A stretch of DNA of 53,324 bases, from the NCBI GenBank assembly GCA_048882385.1, contig JBHLRQ010000009.1, positions 1 to 53,324 on the forward strand, in the 5' to 3' direction. Below, in pieces: positions 17,600 through 26,511 of the stretch; position 1 is the first letter of the stretch, and the number at the start of each line of letters is the position of its first letter. This DNA is from Candidatus Thorarchaeota archaeon. Its GTDB lineage: Archaea > Asgardarchaeota > Thorarchaeia > Thorarchaeales > Thorarchaeaceae. Made by a program: the position numbers and the translations under genes. The notes below the pieces were generated by a model that was given only the letters and a program-made list of their open reading frames with translations, ran no database searches and was not told the origin of the DNA.

Positions 17600-19531
17600 A
17601 TGACTGATGAAACCTCTAGCTTCAAAGATTACTTCCCCTATGACGAGGCCCGAGAAGGTCAGGAGGAAATGATGGCGAAAATTGAGGATTCAGTCAGAAC
17701 TAGAAACCACATCTGCTCAGAGGCACCAAATGGATTTGGAAAAACCTGCGTAACACTTAGTGGCGTTTTACCTTGGATTAAACGAAATGATGGCAAGATA
17801 CTGTATTGTGCAAGAACACACAGGCAACTTGATCGTGTGATGGAAGAGCTACAGGAGATATCCAACAAAAGAGATGTAACTGGAGTTTCTTTTCGTGGAA
17901 GGCGCCATATGTGCCTGAACTCATTTGTACTAGAGAGTGCGGATTTCATTGCCCCAATTTCAGAAGTTTGTGGACAACTGAAAGCAACTGGAAGATGTAC
18001 ATACTATGAAAATCTTAGAAGAGCAGGAGATCCTGAGGACCTTCTTGAGGATATGCCAAAGAAGGTTCTGACAGCTCCTGATCTTTCCAAGATAGCAATG
18101 AGTAGATCATTATGTCCGTATGAACTGACAAAGCGACTGGCAAAGGTTGTTGATGTTGTAGCCTTATCATATCTCTATGTATTCGACCCGTGGATACTCG
18201 ATGTATTCATTCCAGACCTTGATACTCCCACGTCGAAGATGGTGCTTGTACAGGATGAGGCTCATAATGTACCAACTACTGCTTTGGATTCAGCGAGTGA
18301 CTCATTGACTATTGGTACAATTAGACAAGCTCTTCGTGAGGCTACAACCTACAATGATGATGTTTCAAAAGATTTCTGCCACGCCTTAGCAAAGACTGTC
18401 CTTGAAATGTCTTCAGATATGAAGCAGATAGACGAAAAACATGTAGACCCACGTAAAATTGTCGAATCATCAATTAGCATTGCGAAACTTGAACATCAAA
18501 AATTCGTACTTGGGCACATGAGAGATTTAGGCGCAAAAATACGAAAAGGACTTTTGCAAGCAGGTAAGTTTCCACGTTCCTCAATATTTCGCGTTGGTGA
18601 GTTTTTACTAAAATGGGTTAGATCTGCTGAACGAAAAGACTATACATTCCTGCTAGCATCAAACCGAGGTCTGGGAGAGAGTAGAAGAGTATCACTTGAT
18701 CTTGTTGCATTAGATCCAACTTCAGTCACAAAACGAGTCTTAGATTTGATTCACAGTTCTGTAGCAATCTCTGGCACAATGTCACCTTTAGCAGCTTATT
18801 CTGAGATGTTGGGTTTTAACACTGATGCTGCATTGGCAACATTCCATAGTCCTTTTGCTCGGAGAAATAGGATTGGTCTTATCATTGATGGACTTGATAC
18901 GTCATTTCAGAATCGCAATAATTCGACTTTTGAACACATGGTGGATCACTGTGTTGCCGTGGCTCATTCAACACCAAGTAATACAGGAATCTTCACCTCC
19001 AGCTATTCTGTTGGAAAATCACTGATTGATGCAGGGCTTGAAAAGCGCCTTCGAAAAAAGCTCTTCATAGAGAGACCTGGAATGAAAGGTGTAGAGAATG
19101 ATCGACTTATTGAAGACTTCAGAAGAAGGGGAGATGGCGGTGGAGCTGTACTTCTAGGTGTGCAGGGTGGTCGTAATTCAGAAGGAGGAGATTTTCCAGG
19201 ACCAACGATGGAGAGTGTTGTAGTAGTCGGTGTGCCTTATGCGAAGCCAACTCCTAGAGTAGAGGCGTTAATCGATTATTATGACTCAAGATTCGACCAA
19301 AGAGGGAGAGACTATGCCTATGTACTTCCAGCAATGACACGTGCTATTCAAGCAGCTGGTAGACCAGTGAGAAGATTGGACGATAGAGGTGTGATTGTTT
19401 TACTTGACCAACGGTTTGGAACACCATATCTTAGTAGATTCATTCCATCTTGGTTAACAGAGGTCACACAAGTAGTTCCGAATGATCCTGAGATTACAGC
19501 TCATCGAGTTGAGAGCTTCTTTATGGCTTAG
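17600..19531 (+). CDS. xpd: XPD/Rad3-family Fe-S DNA helicase
   Basis: Q motif, APNGFGKT, CARTHRQ, four FeS Cys (MCLN, VCGQ, RCTYY, LCPY), DEAHN, SGT, SEGGDF, QAAGRPVR. Confidence 0.93.
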   Translation: MTDETSSFKDYFPYDEAREGQEEMMAKIEDSVRTRNHICSEAPNGFGKTCVTLSGVLPWIKRNDGKILYCARTHRQLDRVMEELQEISNKRDVTGVSFRGRRHMCLNSFVLESADFIAPISEVCGQLKATGRCTYYENLRRAGDPEDLLEDMPKKVLTAPDLSKIAMSRSLCPYELTKRLAKVVDVVALSYLYVFDPWILDVFIPDLDTPTSKMVLVQDEAHNVPTTALDSASDSLTIGTIRQALREATTYNDDVSKDFCHALAKTVLEMSSDMKQIDEKHVDPRKIVESSISIAKLEHQKFVLGHMRDLGAKIRKGLLQAGKFPRSSIFRVGEFLLKWVRSAERKDYTFLLASNRGLGESRRVSLDLVALDPTSVTKRVLDLIHSSVAISGTMSPLAAYSEMLGFNTDAALATFHSPFARRNRIGLIIDGLDTSFQNRNNSTFEHMVDHCVAVAHSTPSNTGIFTSSYSVGKSLIDAGLEKRLRKKLFIERPGMKGVENDRLIEDFRRRGDGGGAVLLGVQGGRNSEGGDFPGPTMESVVVVGVPYAKPTPRVEALIDYYDSRFDQRGRDYAYVLPAMTRAIQAAGRPVRRLDDRGVIVLLDQRFGTPYLSRFIPSWLTEVTQVVPNDPEITAHRVESFFMA

Positions 19532-20298
19532 CTATAGTCTTCTAGGATGCTGTTCAATGAGATTTTGTCAAGTAAGATGGCTCGAGCTTCGTCTGCAGAG
19601 AGGTTTCTTCGCCCCCGAGTGACACGTCGTACATATTGCCGTAATGACTGTACATAACCGGTCTTTGGCTCCAAGAGCATGTCTGATTCAGTCTGCTGAC
19701 GTCCAGCTCGTCCTGCTATGAGAATTGCGGAGGATTGGTCTGATGTAACCCCACCTGAGAGAGTTGTGTGATGTTCATTCACAAGCTCAATCTCAAGATT
19801 AGGGCTCTGATTAAGGGCATCTCTCAGGAATAATGTCGCATACAATTTTGCTCCAGTTCCAACCCGAATTACTACTTGGCAAGAAGGAAAAAGGCGTTTG
19901 ACATAGGACTTCAAACTAAGTGTCATTCGGACTGCAGCTCCGAGTGATGTTTTTGAGTCTTTGAAGATCACTATGCCATCCACGACCAGAGCCACACCAA
20001 AGCGCATTCCTGGGTCGACTCCAACCACAGCGAGTTTAGGTTCATGGACGTCATTCAATTTAGCAAGTATCACTACTGATGTAAAGTCGGGGTCAAGTTC
20101 TTCTTCAACAATCACCATAGAATCATAATTTCGGTTCAACAAGTCCTCTGCGGTTGTTATGACCACTTTGGCATCCCCACATCTTGTGTCATCTGTTGTG
20201 CAAACAACGAACTCAAGTTCTAGTTTTTTCAAGAGCTCGATTACCAGATAGAGCACCCGGGGATTCTCTGTGGCAATTGCAGCCTGCCACCTAAACAT
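19528..20298 (-). CDS. RNase H-fold YqgF/RuvX-like nuclease with extra N-terminal domain
   Basis: VVGVDPG..FGVALV, RVGTG, VNEHHTT, SDQSSAILIA parallel the YqgF motifs DxG / DERxTT / DxxAA; start could be 20328. Confidence 0.65.
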   Translation of the reverse strand: MFRWQAAIATENPRVLYLVIELLKKLELEFVVCTTDDTRCGDAKVVITTAEDLLNRNYDSMVIVEEELDPDFTSVVILAKLNDVHEPKLAVVGVDPGMRFGVALVVDGIVIFKDSKTSLGAAVRMTLSLKSYVKRLFPSCQVVIRVGTGAKLYATLFLRDALNQSPNLEIELVNEHHTTLSGGVTSDQSSAILIAGRAGRQQTESDMLLEPKTGYVQSLRQYVRRVTRGRRNLSADEARAILLDKISLNSILEDYS

Positions 20299-20358
20299 GT
20301 TTTTGGTCCTTCTAGGTATGCTTATCACTCGATGAGTGACGAAAGATAGGCAGAGAGA

Positions 20359-21054
20359 TTGAATTTGATTCTTCCGTCAGGGATATCACTTCTTGACCGC
20401 ATCCTGAATGGTGGTCTTTTCACAAGTTTTTTTACTCATGTATATGGAGAAGCTGCAGCAGGCAAGACAACACTTGCTCTACAATTTGTGAATGCAGCGT
20501 TCAGACTAGATTATGGAACTATTTACATTAACACAGAAACATCGTTTCCATTAGAACGACTTGAGCAGATCACAAATCACTCGTACAATGATCTTGAAAC
20601 AAAGGTGAAGATACTTGCACCGAGAGGATTCAATGAACAGGGCGCACTTATTGATGATTTAGAGCTCTACATTCGTGATGATGTGAAGTTGGTCATCATT
20701 GACACTCTCACTAAATATTACAGACTAGAATTAGAGGACAAAACTACAAACTATTCGAATCATCGTGAATTGAACAGGCAGGCAGGTACTTTGAAAGGTC
20801 TTGCTCGGAAACATGAAGTTGCTGTTCTAGTACTGAATCAAGTTAGGGCACGTATGAAAGGTTCTGGAGATTTTGAACCTGTAGCCAAGAATATCCTAGA
20901 CTATTGGTCAGATTATAGTGTCAAGATGCGAGTGGGAAAGGAAAATGGGTCTAGAATCATCAAGCGTATAATGCCTGTGGGGCAACCATCTGACGGTCGA
21001 CTATATCTTACTAACAAAGGATTTTCAACACAAAAGCGAGATGGGAAAGAGTGA
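20359..21054 (+). CDS. radB: DNA repair protein RadB (RecA-family ATPase lacking N-terminal domain)
   Basis: LDRILNGG, YGEAAAGKT, YINTE.SF..ERL.Q, IIDTLT..YR, VLNQV. Confidence 0.85.
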   Translation: MNLILPSGISLLDRILNGGLFTSFFTHVYGEAAAGKTTLALQFVNAAFRLDYGTIYINTETSFPLERLEQITNHSYNDLETKVKILAPRGFNEQGALIDDLELYIRDDVKLVIIDTLTKYYRLELEDKTTNYSNHRELNRQAGTLKGLARKHEVAVLVLNQVRARMKGSGDFEPVAKNILDYWSDYSVKMRVGKENGSRIIKRIMPVGQPSDGRLYLTNKGFSTQKRDGKE

Positions 21055-21092
21055 AATTTAGTAAGTAAACGACACACTAGGAGTACTGTTCA

Positions 21093-21653
21093 ATGTATGA
21101 AGAACTCGCCCTCTTCGAATTAGCAATCTGGCTTGGATTGTCTGCTTGGATTGCTAATGCAACTCCAGTCTTAGGTGGAGGAGGTCGACCGATTGATGGA
21201 GGAAGACTCTTCCGTGATGGAAACCGAATTCTTGGAGATGGAAAGTCAATAAGAGGCTTCATTTTGGGTGTGTTTTTTGGGACATTGGTAGGCATTGGAC
21301 AGTTCATTGCAGCTCCATATTTACGACCTATATTGACACAATTCGTCACAGTTACTCCAGAGATGGACTATGTTCTATTCATCAGTATTCCAGCAGCGTT
21401 TCTACTATCACTTGGAGCATTGACAGGAGATCTAGTTGGTTCGTTCATAAAGAGAAGAGTCAATGTCAGGAGCGGCGATCCATCACCATTTCTTGATCAG
21501 TTAGGATTCATAATCATGGCACTAATCTTTGTCTTCCCACTTATGGTACCAAACCCTGTATTTGTGATTACTCTAATACTAACCACACTTGGAATTCATT
21601 GGCTTAGTAATGCTGTGGGATATTTACTTGGTCTAAAGGAAAATCCTTGGTAA
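21093..21653 (+). CDS. carS: CDP-archaeol synthase (DUF46)
   Basis: ANATPV..GGRPIDGG, DGNRILGDGKS.RG, GDLVGSFIKRR, LDQLGF, LGLKENPW. Confidence 0.95.
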   Translation: MYEELALFELAIWLGLSAWIANATPVLGGGGRPIDGGRLFRDGNRILGDGKSIRGFILGVFFGTLVGIGQFIAAPYLRPILTQFVTVTPEMDYVLFISIPAAFLLSLGALTGDLVGSFIKRRVNVRSGDPSPFLDQLGFIIMALIFVFPLMVPNPVFVITLILTTLGIHWLSNAVGYLLGLKENPW

Positions 21654-21784
21654 CTCAAAGCTAAGGAAAACCATAAAAGGTGACCAAAAAACACTATCTC
21701 AGATGATATCAATTCTGTGGATTGACTATTGTCTATAGTCTTGATATAGTCAGAGTATCTATAATACCGGAGTAGTTCCCAACA

Positions 21785-22642
21785 ATGATGGTCAAAGATT
21801 GCATGCAATCAGACGTAGTTCACGTTTCTGTACCAGGAACAAGAGAAGATGTTCTTCAGATTATGGCAGACCAACAAGTCAATGGTCTTCCTGTTGTTAA
21901 GAAAGGATCAAAGACTCTTGTGGGTATCGTCACACGGACCGACCTTCTTAGGAAGGCAGATGAAAATCAATTAGCAATGCTCATGGTAAGGGATCCGGAA
22001 ACTGTGACACCCAGGACAGATATCAAAACAGCTCTCAAGCTTATGCTGGAAAAGAGATACAGACGACTTCCTGTTGTTGAGAAAGGTGAACTTGTTGGTT
22101 TGCTATCAGTTCCTGATATTCTAGGGGCAACATTAGAAAATGACGACAAAGTAGGATCGATGGAAATATCTAAACTAGTGACAAGACGTGTAAATGCGGT
22201 TTGGGAAAAGACCCCACTTCCACTAGCCTATATGATTATGGAGATGGCTGGAAAGAACGGACTGGTTGTTCTTGGAGAAACTGGTGGCGTATCCGGTATG
22301 ATAACAGTAAGTGACTTTATCCGCCTCTCTGAAGTAACTGTTGAGAATAACATATCACAGACCTTCAGTGGTACAGATAGTACAGTAGATTGGGGCTGGA
22401 CTTCCAAGGACTTCCTTGTTGTGACAAAGAAACTTCTTCGTCTACCTGGGACTGCTGTTGAAGAAGTGATGACAAAGAACATAATCAGCTTCAGTGAGAT
22501 TACTACAGTGGCGGAATGTGTCAGGACTCTTCGAAATGAGGATATCGACCAAGCACCTGTGTTGTCAGTCACAGGCAGTCTCATAGGGATGATAGAAGAC
22601 AGTGATTTACTGAAATTGGCCTTGGAAACTCAGTCAGACTAG
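21785..22642 (+). CDS. CBS domain protein (four CBS domains)
   Basis: GLPVV..LVGIVTRTDL, RRLPVV..LVGLLS..DI, QAPV..LIGMI..DLL repeats. Confidence 0.9.
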   Translation: MMVKDCMQSDVVHVSVPGTREDVLQIMADQQVNGLPVVKKGSKTLVGIVTRTDLLRKADENQLAMLMVRDPETVTPRTDIKTALKLMLEKRYRRLPVVEKGELVGLLSVPDILGATLENDDKVGSMEISKLVTRRVNAVWEKTPLPLAYMIMEMAGKNGLVVLGETGGVSGMITVSDFIRLSEVTVENNISQTFSGTDSTVDWGWTSKDFLVVTKKLLRLPGTAVEEVMTKNIISFSEITTVAECVRTLRNEDIDQAPVLSVTGSLIGMIEDSDLLKLALETQSD

Positions 22643-25600
22643 GTTTCAAAAAAGTCAGACAGTGTAGTCTGTTCTGACATGAATAATGAGTCAAGAGCTG
22701 CAGTGATGAGCTTCAATCGCTCTTTTTGATACTGGTCTAGGTTATGGTCTTCGATTATTTTTCTTGTGACATCAAGATATTTCGAGATGTTTTTCTGACG
22801 AACTGTAAGAGAGAGTTTGTTATCACAAACGCATTTTCCAGACAGGGGTATTCTTCTGTACACTCTTCTACACTTTTGACATTGAATCTTCTGGGTTGAG
22901 AAAGCACGTAGGTTTCCTCTAATATCACGGAAAAAGTGAGTTGAAAGAACTCGTTCAGCAACATTTTGAGCATCGACTGCATCTATCAGTTTTGCAAGGT
23001 TTAATTGCGCTGCAAGTTTTTCATCCATACTTCCCAATATTTTGTACCGTGTGTTTTTTGGACCTATGTCAAATGACTTTGTGCTATGAGTGAATCCAAA
23101 GCCCTCATATTGTGCAGCTGTATGAAGTCTTGAAGCAATTATATCCACAAGGTTCTCGACCTCTCTTGGATGTCTAGCCTCAGCAACCATTTCATAGAAT
23201 TTAGCAGGATACCGTTTACAGACCTCAATGTTGTGGCTTTCGTCATCTACTTCTGTAGGATTGAGAATTACTGAAAGAACAAGAGGTGCATCCATAAGTC
23301 CTCCACGGCCTGCTGGAAGGTAGTCCTTTGAAAAATTGAGAAGTGCATCAAGAACTAGAATCAGGGCATCTTCATCGCCGTCGCAGTTTCTCCTTTTCGC
23401 TGCATGCCAGTATGGGTGTGCATAACATACACTGGCATTTGTAAAGCCAATTATCCGTCCGATGATTCCTGCAGAAGTATGAGGTGCCAAACCAATAACG
23501 AGCTGACCGACTACATCCTCTTGAGCACTGAATTTATAGAATCTCTCAAGACCGTATATTTTCTCTAGACAGTCATCAACAAACCGCCCAACCCTAACAA
23601 GATACATTGCACAGTTCTCTGGAACCACAATATCCTGAACTTTGATCTCAACAACCTGATCTTCAGATATCAATGGTTCTCCTTCATAGTCTGTTATGTA
23701 TCCCAGTTCACGAAGACGACTAACTGGCGTCCCAATTTCAGCAGGAGTGAAATGTGTTAATGGAGCATCAGTTGCATCAAAACGGGCGGTTCCATCACGG
23801 TAACAATACACTTCGTGTTTTGCTCTGAGGACTCCTTTCCCGAGATATTCTGGGATTTTGTAGTCGCTGGTGAGACCTAGAACACCACGTACACCATGAG
23901 CTTCAAACTCATCAACTTCAGTCTTCACTCGACTAATTAGATTACTCAAACGAACTGAATATAGTCTTGTTTTGCTATTGTCATGGCTATATTGACACAT
24001 GCCAGTGTTTTTGTCGATTGGCTGCCCGCAGTTCTCATATGAGCAGGATACAACTGTGTGTGTTCCACATTTCGGACATTTTGACTCATATGTTTCAGTA
24101 GAACAATTAGGACAAATACGAAAGACCATCTCAAGTTCAACGGGAAGTTCACTCTCTAGAGAATCTAGCATGACACCATTCAGATCAGGCTCTATTGACG
24201 CTTCTCCAACAGTATCTTCTATCGTTGGCTGATATTCCATGCTCTTTGCTACTTTCTCTATTTGTCTTTCAGTTCCTTTTGTGCGTCCCACAGGAAATAG
24301 AACTTGAACAGGGGGTTTCATTTTGCGCTCTTCAGCTTTTTCGGGCCTGCCCATTCTCGCACCAATAGAGAATCCAACTTTGTTCATCAGTTTTACAGAA
24401 GACACTGAATTCAATAGTTCGAGTGTTGTTGTACCCTCTGGTTTTGCCTCCTTTTTTCCTAGCTGTGCAAGGATTACAACTGGATCATCAGTCAGAAGTA
24501 TGAGTTTCTTATTGGATGAAAGTGTATGAGGAATTCCAGATATTTCTAACAATTTCTTATTAGCTGAGTCGAAAGGAAGGGCTATACCCGAGTCTTTATT
24601 GATGCTGTGTTTTGTCAGAATCCATTTTCTAAGTGCTAGGGCGTCTTCTGGAGATAAAACGGGCCAGCGATAGAGATAGTATGGATGTAGTGGTATCTTG
24701 AGTTTCTTGGATAGATGCACAGCTTGTTCAGGATTTGGGATTTTTGAGAGAGGGGATTCAACCATCATATTGACTTCTTCGAGTGATAATTTAGAACCAA
24801 GACGTTTAGTTAACGCTGCCACAGATAGTTTTGACATAGCATGGTCAAGGTCATGTGACCACCACTCATCACAGTATCCTGATGGAACGAGAGGATGATT
24901 ATTTTCTAAAAATTCTCCAAGTGCAACGAGAATGTCTCCAAGGTATAGGATACGATCAATCTTTCCTTCCAATAATCGGGCTTTATCAGTGTCTTGGACT
25001 CGTATAACAGAACCATCTTTCAAGAGAACAATTGGTCCTTCTATTGTATCAACAGGAGTGACAATGGCCCCTTTTCCAGGTCGTTCCGTGCGTATATGAG
25101 TTCCTGGAGCGAGGAACTCTTCTACAACGAACATAGTAGCTGGATGAATACCAACTCCTGCAAGACCTGTGTTTCTTGATCGACCGTACCTTAGTCTGAA
25201 TCCACCGATACGAGATGGATGAGAAAACACAGGTCTCCCGCCTATAACGTCAGCAAGATAATCCGATTTTGGTTCGAGTGTCTTATCAGCGAAATCTTCC
25301 TCTTCGGAATCTGTGGTCATTGACATCTTTGATGTGAGTTCATTCAACCACTCCCATCCAGGAATATTAGCACTACTCACAATCTTAGCCAATTTTGCGG
25401 CTCTGCCAACAACACCATCATTAAGGACAAGGACTGATCCTCCACGAACTCGATTTGTTTCGATACGATCTAAATCACGACTTCCTGAAACTTCGAACTC
25501 CTCTGTGGGTTCTCCAGTCAGCATGATTGGAAGTCTTGCAGCGGCAAATCGTACTAATTCGGGATGAACTGGATATTGAAGATGAACCATCCTTGCATAC

Positions 25601-26349
25601 AGTTCTACCTCTTCGAGAGCGCGTTCGGTTTCCTCTTCAGTAGACTTGAATGTAGGTAAGTTTAGGACTTGGCGTACATAATCCGCCACCAAGACTGTCA
25701 TTGCAGCCTCAGTTCCTCCTGCAGCCCTAATGGGACCCGCGAGATATAATGCGAGATATTGCTCATCTCCAGAACCTTCGATACGAACCTTCGATATTCC
25801 TTCAAGAGGTGCAGCAGTAATGCTCTCTGTCAATATTGATAGAGCCACTCTTACAGCTTTATCTGCAGCCTTTTCTGCTGTTTCTCGAGCTGTCTTCTCT
25901 CCAAACTCTTTGGCCACAATCATAGCTGAAAATCCATTATTGACTTCTGGACCTAGTTCCTCTGTTTTCTTTTCAATCAGCTCCATTATTTGACTGGGCG
26001 TATATCGAGGATTTCGACTGACAATCATGTTCACAGTTTCATTGACATTACTAAGCGTTCCCTCAGCAATTTCTTTTGCTACAGCAAAAGCGACTTCTTC
26101 TCGTGATTCTTTGATTTGTTGAAACTCACGAATTCTTTTTGCAACGCCTATTGGACCTTCAAGCGTGGCTTCAACCCTCGCGGCGACATCGTGCGCAGGT
26201 GGAATTTCGACCCTTGTAGTTGGATCAAATCCTAGCTCACGTGCTTTTTCGGCTATCTCATAGATTCTCTGAATTTCATTACTGAGTGAATTGAAATATT
26301 GTTTGTAGAATATACTATGTTCAGGAAGACTGAGCTCTGGTTCGGTCAC
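22639..26349 (-). CDS. polC: DNA polymerase D large subunit DP2, no intein, with N-terminal insertion
   Basis: APLEGI, GPIRAAGGT, FRLRYGRSRNTG, RMGRPEK, catalytic KRRNCDGDED, C-terminal Zn finger and PIP box QTTLSDFF. Confidence 0.97.
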   Translation of the reverse strand: MTEPELSLPEHSIFYKQYFNSLSNEIQRIYEIAEKARELGFDPTTRVEIPPAHDVAARVEATLEGPIGVAKRIREFQQIKESREEVAFAVAKEIAEGTLSNVNETVNMIVSRNPRYTPSQIMELIEKKTEELGPEVNNGFSAMIVAKEFGEKTARETAEKAADKAVRVALSILTESITAAPLEGISKVRIEGSGDEQYLALYLAGPIRAAGGTEAAMTVLVADYVRQVLNLPTFKSTEEETERALEEVELYARMVHLQYPVHPELVRFAAARLPIMLTGEPTEEFEVSGSRDLDRIETNRVRGGSVLVLNDGVVGRAAKLAKIVSSANIPGWEWLNELTSKMSMTTDSEEEDFADKTLEPKSDYLADVIGGRPVFSHPSRIGGFRLRYGRSRNTGLAGVGIHPATMFVVEEFLAPGTHIRTERPGKGAIVTPVDTIEGPIVLLKDGSVIRVQDTDKARLLEGKIDRILYLGDILVALGEFLENNHPLVPSGYCDEWWSHDLDHAMSKLSVAALTKRLGSKLSLEEVNMMVESPLSKIPNPEQAVHLSKKLKIPLHPYYLYRWPVLSPEDALALRKWILTKHSINKDSGIALPFDSANKKLLEISGIPHTLSSNKKLILLTDDPVVILAQLGKKEAKPEGTTTLELLNSVSSVKLMNKVGFSIGARMGRPEKAEERKMKPPVQVLFPVGRTKGTERQIEKVAKSMEYQPTIEDTVGEASIEPDLNGVMLDSLESELPVELEMVFRICPNCSTETYESKCPKCGTHTVVSCSYENCGQPIDKNTGMCQYSHDNSKTRLYSVRLSNLISRVKTEVDEFEAHGVRGVLGLTSDYKIPEYLGKGVLRAKHEVYCYRDGTARFDATDAPLTHFTPAEIGTPVSRLRELGYITDYEGEPLISEDQVVEIKVQDIVVPENCAMYLVRVGRFVDDCLEKIYGLERFYKFSAQEDVVGQLVIGLAPHTSAGIIGRIIGFTNASVCYAHPYWHAAKRRNCDGDEDALILVLDALLNFSKDYLPAGRGGLMDAPLVLSVILNPTEVDDESHNIEVCKRYPAKFYEMVAEARHPREVENLVDIIASRLHTAAQYEGFGFTHSTKSFDIGPKNTRYKILGSMDEKLAAQLNLAKLIDAVDAQNVAERVLSTHFFRDIRGNLRAFSTQKIQCQKCRRVYRRIPLSGKCVCDNKLSLTVRQKNISKYLDVTRKIIEDHNLDQYQKERLKLITAALDSLFMSEQTTLSDFFET

Positions 26350-26511
26350 AACAAATCAACTTGAATCAGTATCAGTTGTTTATTCTGTGTTTCGCTTCAT
26401 GACAATCTAGAAATTCTACTAGCTCGGACCGATTGAGATATTACTTTAAAGCAGCTGAGAAAGACCATTGAATAGTACACGCCACCACAGGGTTAACAGA
26501 AGGGAATCTAC

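Noticed and set aside
22639-26349. Intein in DP2
   Set aside because: The catalytic RRNCDGDED region is continuous; the N-terminal insert has no C/S start, HN end or LAGLIDADG motif
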